The notes under the pieces are model-generated. The model worked only from the letters and a program-made list of their open reading frames with translations. It did no database searches and was not told where the DNA came from. Made by a program: the position numbers and the translations under genes. A stretch of 14,637 nucleotides of DNA from Candidatus Krumholzibacteriia bacterium (GTDB taxonomy: Bacteria; Krumholzibacteriota; Krumholzibacteriia; WVZY01): the NCBI GenBank assembly GCA_036478295.1, contig JAZGDW010000169.1:1-14637 (forward strand), in the 5' to 3' direction. This document shows positions 1 through 5,886 of this stretch, piece after piece (position 1 is the first letter of the stretch; each line of letters opens with the position of its first letter).

Positions 1-1
1 G

Positions 2-106
2 CAAACTGCCGTCGTGCCCGGGGCGTCGCAATCCGCCATCGCGCCGAGGACATCGCGCTCCGCTCCTGGAACATCGCAATCCGTCATCGCGCCCGGGACA
101 TCGCGG
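2..106 (+). repeat. Degenerate in-frame ~27-bp (9-aa) tandem repeat in the N-terminal extension of the DUF418 protein
   Basis: Translation QTAVVPGAS / QSAIAPRTS / RSAPGTS / QSVIAPGTS; the DNA block tcgcaatccgYcatcgcgcc occurs twice. Confidence 0.7.
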
Positions 107-1339
107 CCCGCTTCTGCTAGCGCAACCCCACAACCCGTTGTCGACGCCGGCCGCATCGTGTCGCTCGACGTGCTCCGTGGTTTCGCTATCCTCGGCATTC
201 TCATCATCAACATCCAGAACTTCGCGATGATAGACATCGCGGGTTTCAACCCGAGTGCGTTCGGCAGTCTCGCCGGCGCGAACGGCGTCGTGGCGACGTT
301 GAGCCATATCCTCGCCGATCAAAAATTCATGACCTTGTTCGCGATGCTGTTCGGAGCGGGTGTGCTGCTCATGGCGTCGCGCCGCGAAGCGAAGGGACTG
401 TCGTCGAAAGGCCTTCACTACCGGCGAATGAGTTTTCTCCTGGGGTTCGGGCTTCTCCACGCGTACTTCATATGGAGCGGCGACATTCTGGTGGCGTATG
501 CGCTGTGCGGTTCTCTCGTCTATCCGTTTCGAAATCGAACACCGGCATTCCTCATCACGGCGGGGCTGCTCACCGTCTCCGTGGTGTCTGTTTTCACCAT
601 GCTTTCCGGCTGGTCGCTCCACTTGTGGTCGCCGGAACAGCTTGGCGACCTGGCGTTGAAATGGCAACCGGACCCGGATGGAATCGTCCGGGAAGTAAAC
701 GCACTGCGCGGCGGTTGGAGTGATCAGATGGCCCAACGCGCACCGACGGCGTTGGAATTCCAAACCCTGGTGTTTCTTGGGTGGGGTTTGTGGCGGGCGG
801 GAGGGTTGATGCTGGTCGGCATGGGTTTTTTCAAATTGGGAATCCTGGACGCCGGCCGCTCCCGCCGCTTCTACGGCACCCTGGTGGCACTGGGCCTCCT
901 CGTCGGCGTGCCGGTCGTCGCCTATGGGTGGCACCGAAACGTGCAGGCCGGATGGGACTTCAGGTACTCGGTGTTCTTCGGCATGCAGTACAACTACTGG
1001 GCGAGCCTCGTGGTCAGCATGGGATGGCTCGGCCTGATCATGCTTGCGTGCAAGTCGCCCGCGCTCGGGTGGATCACGACGCCACTCTCAGCCGCCGGCA
1101 GGATGGCGCTGTCCAACTACATCGGCCAATCCGTGATCTGCACGTTAATTTTTTACGGGCACGGCCTGGGGTACTTCGGCCGCATCGACCGCGTGGGCCA
1201 GATCGGGATCATCGCCGTGGTGTGGCTCCTGCAGCTGCTCGTCTCACCGATCTGGCTGCGATACTTTCGCTATGGACCGCTCGAGTGGGTGTGGCGCTCG
1301 CTCACCTACCGGCGCTGCCAGCCGATGTGGAGGGAATAA
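2..1339 (+). CDS. DUF418 (YeiB-like) integral membrane protein; true start probably upstream of the window
   Basis: Family motifs RIVSLDVLRGFAILGI, KFMTLFAMLFGAG, WSGDILVAYA, GRMALSNYIGQS and the C-terminal WLRYFRYGPLEWVWRSLTY, plus many hydrophobic segments. The frame is open from base 2 (QTAVVPGAS...), so GTG at 14 is only the first available start. Confidence 0.88.
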   Translation, partial: QTAVVPGASQSAIAPRTSRSAPGTSQSVIAPGTSRPASASATPQPVVDAGRIVSLDVLRGFAILGILIINIQNFAMIDIAGFNPSAFGSLAGANGVVATLSHILADQKFMTLFAMLFGAGVLLMASRREAKGLSSKGLHYRRMSFLLGFGLLHAYFIWSGDILVAYALCGSLVYPFRNRTPAFLITAGLLTVSVVSVFTMLSGWSLHLWSPEQLGDLALKWQPDPDGIVREVNALRGGWSDQMAQRAPTALEFQTLVFLGWGLWRAGGLMLVGMGFFKLGILDAGRSRRFYGTLVALGLLVGVPVVAYGWHRNVQAGWDFRYSVFFGMQYNYWASLVVSMGWLGLIMLACKSPALGWITTPLSAAGRMALSNYIGQSVICTLIFYGHGLGYFGRIDRVGQIGIIAVVWLLQLLVSPIWLRYFRYGPLEWVWRSLTYRRCQPMWRE

Positions 1340-1348
1340 CACAGTTGT

Positions 1349-2419
1349 CTAGATTTTGTTACCCGTGGGGTTTGTCGTGGGGCTCGTTGTCGGCCTGGTG
1401 CCCGAGTCGGAGGTGGAACCGGTCACCGTAGCAGGTGTCGTGGCACGCCTGGACGCGGGCTTCGCGGCGGGACGCGGAGCCGCACCGGGCAGTGGCGCCC
1501 GCGCCTCCGGCTTGCCCTCCGTCACATTGTTGTAATAGCGGGTCGTGGGGTAGGCGAAATCAATGTTGTCCGCCGCATGAAACGCGCGCAGCACGTCTTC
1601 CCAGATCGCGGCCTCGGATTGCCGGCGCTTGCGGGGTTCACAGATATAACGAATCGTCAGGGTCACGCCGGCGTCCGCGACCGCCGTCCACACGATTGGC
1701 GTAAGGTGTTGGAAATAGATCATATACCGGCTGGCCGCCCGCCTGACTTCCATCTCGGCCGTCTGCGTCTTGATGAGCGAGTGGCTGGCGACGATCTCCG
1801 TCAGGAGACGTTTGGCTTCTTCCCAGTCACTCTCGAAGGTGACGGTAATGGGCAGCTCGTTCCAAATGAAATTGAATCCCTGCGCGTAGTTGGCACTGCT
1901 GTGCTTGAAGACCCAGCCGTTTGGAATGTGGATGATGCGGCCGGTGCTTTGATCGGCGTCCACCCAGTTGCCTATCTCGACGACTGTAAATTGAAAGAGG
2001 CGCAAGTCGATGACGTCTCCGGAGTGCCCCCCGATCTCTATGCGGTCACCGACCACGAACGGTTTGCGCACGGTAATAAATACCCATCCCGCGAAATTGG
2101 TGAGCGGGTCCTGCAGCGCGATGGCGATACCGGCGGAGAGGATTCCCAGGTAGGCGGCCAGGCCGGAGACATTCCCGAACCAGATGACCAGCGTGGCGAT
2201 GAGGACGGCAAACCCGAGCGTATAGTTCAGCGACTTCGAGTAGAGATATTTCTTGCCGAGGTCGCTGACGCGGCGGATGAAAATCCAGGACAGGAAGAGG
2301 CGGAGTACGAAATACGCCACCCAGACCACGAGTGTCCACAGGATGTGGCCGAGCGTGCTCTCCGACAGGCCGAGGAACTCTTCGCCCAAACTGATGAATT
2401 GTGCCCAGATTTCAGCCAT
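1349..2419 (-). CDS. mscS: MscS-family small-conductance mechanosensitive channel
   Basis: TM3 and beta-domain motifs LGILSAGIAIALQDPLTNFAGW, PFVVGDRIEIGGHSGDVIDLRLFQF, IPNGWVF and IDFAYPT. Start placed at ATG 2419 (MAEIWAQF), preceded by AAGGA; the ORF track extends to GTG 2449. The symbol is family-level only. Confidence 0.9.
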   Translation of the reverse strand: MAEIWAQFISLGEEFLGLSESTLGHILWTLVVWVAYFVLRLFLSWIFIRRVSDLGKKYLYSKSLNYTLGFAVLIATLVIWFGNVSGLAAYLGILSAGIAIALQDPLTNFAGWVFITVRKPFVVGDRIEIGGHSGDVIDLRLFQFTVVEIGNWVDADQSTGRIIHIPNGWVFKHSSANYAQGFNFIWNELPITVTFESDWEEAKRLLTEIVASHSLIKTQTAEMEVRRAASRYMIYFQHLTPIVWTAVADAGVTLTIRYICEPRKRRQSEAAIWEDVLRAFHAADNIDFAYPTTRYYNNVTEGKPEARAPLPGAAPRPAAKPASRRATTPATVTGSTSDSGTRPTTSPTTNPTGNKI

Positions 2420-2504
2420 TTGTCCTTGGTAGCTCGATGGCACCCGCACTACGCCGCGTACCGTTCAGCGGATGGTCTCGAAGACGGCACATTCCGTGCC
2501 AAAA

Positions 2505-2672
2505 CTACTCGGCATACAGGGCTTTGATGACGCCCCAGGTCGATTCCTCGACCGGTACCACACAGGCGCATGTTGCGTTCCCGTTTATGAAGGCAGTGCC
2601 TCCGTCTGCGAAAAGAACCGTACCGGAGCAGTCCGTGACCTCGATCTGTCCCGACGACACCCCCTCTGGCAA
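2505..2672 (-). pseudogene. C-terminal remnant (or short ORF) of a secreted Cys-containing protein ending in the VPVEESTWGVIKALY motif
   Basis: Hand translation of the minus strand from TTG 2672: LPEGVSSGQIEVTDCSGTVLFADGGTAFINGNATCACVVPVEESTWGVIKALYAE*, stop TAG at 2505-2507. It is absent from the ORF track (55 aa). The upstream in-frame sequence has no ATG, RBS or signal peptide before a stop at 2820-2822. Confidence 0.65.
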
Positions 2673-2720
2673 GGGCCTGACTACTTTTAGTGTAGCAGAA
2701 CCGGACCTGCTGGCGAGCCG

Positions 2721-2750
2721 TTGACACGGCCGCTCGACGAGATGTATATT
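2721..2750 (+). promoter_or_regulatory. Sigma70-type promoter for the lipoprotein gene
   Basis: Perfect -35 TTGACA (2721-2726), 18-bp spacer and -10 TATATT (2745-2750), ending 56 bp before ATG 2807, in a GC-rich background. Confidence 0.65.
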
Positions 2751-2806
2751 GTCGGGGACCGGTTCTTCCGGCCGCGGCCCCGCCTCGTGTGGAGCAGATT
2801 GCCACC

Positions 2807-3532
2807 ATGCGTCATTCCCCTATACAAATACTCATCGTCCTGGCCGTCCTGGCGATCGGATGCACCCGGACACTCGAGATCGAGCAGGTCGACCCGTTCG
2901 TCACCCCCAAAGCGGTGCTTCGCAGCACGGTAAAGGTCGTCGCCCTCGCCGAGGTGGCGGTCCCCGACGGCATGCAGGACCCGGCGCCGGTCAAGAGAGA
3001 GCTCGATGGGCTGATCGAGGGGCGCCTGCGCGGGGCCGGCTTCTCGGTGATACGCCCCCAGGAGTACGAGGGGGTATGGAATGAGGTGGTCGCCGAGTTG
3101 GACGGACTGGCCGATCCCGAGACCGGTGAGCGCGACAACGGCAAGGTAACGACGGCGATGTTCCGGACCATCGATCGGCTCAAGGCCGAGTTCGACCTGG
3201 ATGCCGTCCTCATTCCCAGTGTGGCCGTGGTAGAGGCCTCGTTCGCCACGGGACGCGCGTACTGGGACGGCACCACACAGTCCATTCGGACCGGCAGCAT
3301 CGTCAGGGGCTTTCTCGCCGGCTCACCGGAGGGCAAAGTCGGCGCCCTGTCGCTGCGGGTGACCCTCCACGCCGAGAGCGGCGATACGCTGTACAGCGCG
3401 GCGGGTGGCATCGAAGTCTTGTCCAAGCTGGACGGAAAGGAATTCGTTCTCGTCCCGCGCCAGGAACTGCTGACCGACTCCCAAAAGCTCCGAAACGCCG
3501 TTCGTATCGCGCTCGATCCTCTTGCCCAGTAA
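2807..3532 (+). CDS. Putative lipoprotein of unknown function (alpha/beta, possibly CsgG/TolB-N/LpoB-like fold)
   Basis: From ATG 2807: MRHSPIQILIVLAVLAIG-C, i.e. a charged N-terminus, hydrophobic core and lipobox Cys. GGAG lies at 2791-2794. The fold guess rests only on the alternating strand/helix pattern. Confidence 0.75.
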   Translation: MRHSPIQILIVLAVLAIGCTRTLEIEQVDPFVTPKAVLRSTVKVVALAEVAVPDGMQDPAPVKRELDGLIEGRLRGAGFSVIRPQEYEGVWNEVVAELDGLADPETGERDNGKVTTAMFRTIDRLKAEFDLDAVLIPSVAVVEASFATGRAYWDGTTQSIRTGSIVRGFLAGSPEGKVGALSLRVTLHAESGDTLYSAAGGIEVLSKLDGKEFVLVPRQELLTDSQKLRNAVRIALDPLAQ

Positions 3533-3806
3533 ACATCCTCACACACGTTCCGCGCGCGTCCTGTCGGCGAAGTGCCCACCCGTGCTACTCCTTGCGGCGC
3601 GCGGCCAGGACCCGTTCGCTGCCACCCGTGCCGGCACCGTCGCCGACCCCCGAGAGATTGCCTTGAATAGGATCGTCCACTTCAAGTAGTCCCTGGGCAA
3701 GCGCGTTGGGGGGTGTTTCCGATAGGGCTGTCGGACCCCCTCGAATTGTGGTAGCGTTTGGAAAAAGCTAGTTGAGACTTGGGTCTCGGAAGGAGATTTG
3801 AATACT

Positions 3807-4814
3807 ATGGCTGAGCGTGGTTTTGGGGGAGGGGACTTCAAGATTCCCAATTTTAAGATCCCGAGCGCTTCCAGCGGCACGGCCCGCTGGATCATCGGCG
3901 GCATCGCCGTGTTGATCCTCGCTATTTCAACCTTTTATACCATCGGGCCGGAGGAGACCGGTGTCGTTCTACGACTGGGCCACTACGACCGCGCCACAGA
4001 TCCCGGACTGCACATGAAGATGCCCCTCGGCATCGAAAAAGTCATCAAGGTGCCGATCGAGCGGCAGCTCAAGGAGGAGTTTGGTTTTCAGACCGTGTCC
4101 GCGGGGGTGCGCAGCCAGTTTTCGGTCAGGGGACGTGAGTCCGAGGCCAACATGTTGACCGGTGACCTGAATGCAGCCGTCGTGGAATGGGTGGTGCAGT
4201 ATCGTATCGTGGATCCGTATAAATTTCTTTTCCGTGTGCGCAACGTGCGGAGCACGTTTCGCGATATGTCGGAGGCGGTGATGCGGTACGTCGTGGGTGA
4301 CCGCACGGTGAACGAGGTGCTGACCATCGGACGTCAGGAAATCGCCGACCTGGTGGAGACAGAGCTTCAGGGATTGTGCGATCAGTACGAGACGGGCATC
4401 AAGGTCGAGCAGGTGGTACTGCAGGACGTCAACCCGCCCGACCAGGTCAAGCCATCGTTCAACGAGGTCAATGAAGCCCAGCAGGAGCGCGAGAAGCTTA
4501 TCAACGAGGCGCAATCCGAATACAACCGTGTCATCCCGCGGGCCCGTGGGCAGGCCCAGCAGGCCATCCAGGAGGCCAGAGGATACGCGCTCGAGCGCGT
4601 CAACACGGCGCGTGGTGACTCCGCCCGGTTTGTCGCCGTATTTGATGAGTACCGCAAAGCGCCCGAGATCACCCGCAAGCGAATCTACCTGGAGACGATG
4701 AACACGATCTTGCCCCAGGTGGCCAAGAAGATCATAGTGGACGACAACCTGAAGAGCCTGATACCGCTCTTGAACCTCGAACCCGGCGAGAAGACAAAGG
4801 GGGGTGGTAACTGA
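3807..4814 (+). CDS. hflK: FtsH protease modulator HflK (SPFH/band 7 family)
   Basis: N-terminal TM helix, then SPFH motifs EETGVVLRLG, PGLHMKMPLGIE, MLTGDLN, VQYRIVDP, LQDVNPPDQVKPSFNEVNEAQQE, IPRARGQA and YRKAPEITRKRIYLETM. SD AAGGAG at 3790-3795; ATG 3807 preferred over TTG 3798. Confidence 0.93.
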   Translation: MAERGFGGGDFKIPNFKIPSASSGTARWIIGGIAVLILAISTFYTIGPEETGVVLRLGHYDRATDPGLHMKMPLGIEKVIKVPIERQLKEEFGFQTVSAGVRSQFSVRGRESEANMLTGDLNAAVVEWVVQYRIVDPYKFLFRVRNVRSTFRDMSEAVMRYVVGDRTVNEVLTIGRQEIADLVETELQGLCDQYETGIKVEQVVLQDVNPPDQVKPSFNEVNEAQQEREKLINEAQSEYNRVIPRARGQAQQAIQEARGYALERVNTARGDSARFVAVFDEYRKAPEITRKRIYLETMNTILPQVAKKIIVDDNLKSLIPLLNLEPGEKTKGGGN

Positions 4815-5734
4815 TGAGAGCCGTCATGATTGTCGGAGCGTTGTTCATTCTAATCGTTTTGAGGGGTACCTTTTACATCGTGCAGGAGCCCGAACAAGTT
4901 ATCATCACCCAGTTCGGCAAGCCGGTCGGCGAGCCGGTTACGACACCGGGACTACACTTGAAGATCCCCCTCGTGCAGAAGGCGCATCGTTTCGACCGCC
5001 GCTTTCTCGAATGGGACGGTGACGCGAACCAGCTCCCCACAAAGGATAAGCGCTTTATCTGGGTGGACACCTATGCGCGCTGGCGCATCAGCGATCCGCT
5101 CTTGTTCTTTCAGCGCCTGCGTGATGAGCGTGGCGCGCAGACGCGCCTCGACGATATACTGGACGGCGAGACCCGAAACGCCATTGCCAACCACAAGCTC
5201 GTGGAGCTGATCCGCACGAGTAACCGTGAGCCCGAGGTGAGCGAGCTCGAGCAAGAGGATGCGGCCAGGTTGGAGGTTATCAATTTCGGCAGGGATCTCA
5301 TTCGCAAGGAAATCCTCGCCAACGCGCAGCCGCGGACGACCGATCTGGGCATCGAGATTCTCGACGTGCAGTTCAAACGAATCAACTACGTCGAGGAAGT
5401 CCGGATAAAAGTGTACGAGCGCATGATCGCGGAGCGGCGCCGGATTGCCGACCGCTTCCGCTCGGAGGGGCAGGGAGAGGCCTCGCGTATTCGTGGTGAG
5501 CGGGAGCGGGATCTCAAGCAGATCCAGTCCGTGGCGTACAAGGAGGCACGCGAGATCATGGGTGATGCCGACGCGCTGGCGACCTCGATCTATGCGGCGG
5601 CGTACAACCCGTCGGTCCAGTCGCGTGAGTTCTACGAGTTCTTGAAGACGATGGAGATTTACAAGAACACGCTGGATGCCGGAACGTCGCTGATTCTTAC
5701 CACCGACGGGCAGTTCTACCGGTTTCTCAAGTAG
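4814..5734 (+). CDS. hflC: FtsH protease modulator HflC
   Basis: Motifs EQVIITQFGKPV, PGLHLKIP, PTKDKRFIWVDTYARWRISDP, VYERMIAERRRIADRFRSEG and EFYEFLKTMEIYK. A TGATG overlap with the hflK stop (4812-4816) indicates translational coupling. Confidence 0.94.
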   Translation: MRAVMIVGALFILIVLRGTFYIVQEPEQVIITQFGKPVGEPVTTPGLHLKIPLVQKAHRFDRRFLEWDGDANQLPTKDKRFIWVDTYARWRISDPLLFFQRLRDERGAQTRLDDILDGETRNAIANHKLVELIRTSNREPEVSELEQEDAARLEVINFGRDLIRKEILANAQPRTTDLGIEILDVQFKRINYVEEVRIKVYERMIAERRRIADRFRSEGQGEASRIRGERERDLKQIQSVAYKEAREIMGDADALATSIYAAAYNPSVQSREFYEFLKTMEIYKNTLDAGTSLILTTDGQFYRFLK

Positions 5735-5763
5735 CACGCGCGGCACGCGCTCGAAAAGTCATT

Positions 5764-5796
5764 GCGCCCCGGTCGATTGCAGCCGGGGCGCTTTTG
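5764..5796 (+). terminator. Intrinsic terminator after hflC
   Basis: GCGCCCCGG (5764-5772), 10-nt loop, CCGGGGCGC (5783-5791): a perfect 9-bp stem followed by TTTTG. Confidence 0.75.
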
Positions 5797-5833
5797 CGTT
5801 GGCAAGGAGAGTGTGGCGGACCCCTGGTTTTTT

Positions 5834-5842
5834 TGGTACAAT
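5834..5842 (+). promoter_or_regulatory. Extended -10 promoter element upstream of the beta-helix protein gene
   Basis: TGgTACAAT (TGn + TACAAT) lies between the hflC terminator and RBS AGGAG (5875-5879). No good -35 was seen. Confidence 0.45.
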
Positions 5843-5886
5843 CGACTGTCGCCACCCCGCGCCCGCTCGTCTTCAGGAGTAGCGCA

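Noticed and set aside
3662..3686. Sigma32 promoter or HspR HAIR operator upstream of hflK
   Set aside because: CTTGAA is not followed by a CCCCAT-like -10, and the dyad spacing (N13) does not match HAIR (CTTGAGT-N7-ACTCAAG).
5794..5886. ORF-track N-terminal extension of the beta-helix protein
   Set aside because: It starts at a TTG in the hflC terminator tail; ATG 5887 has an RBS and begins a signal peptide.
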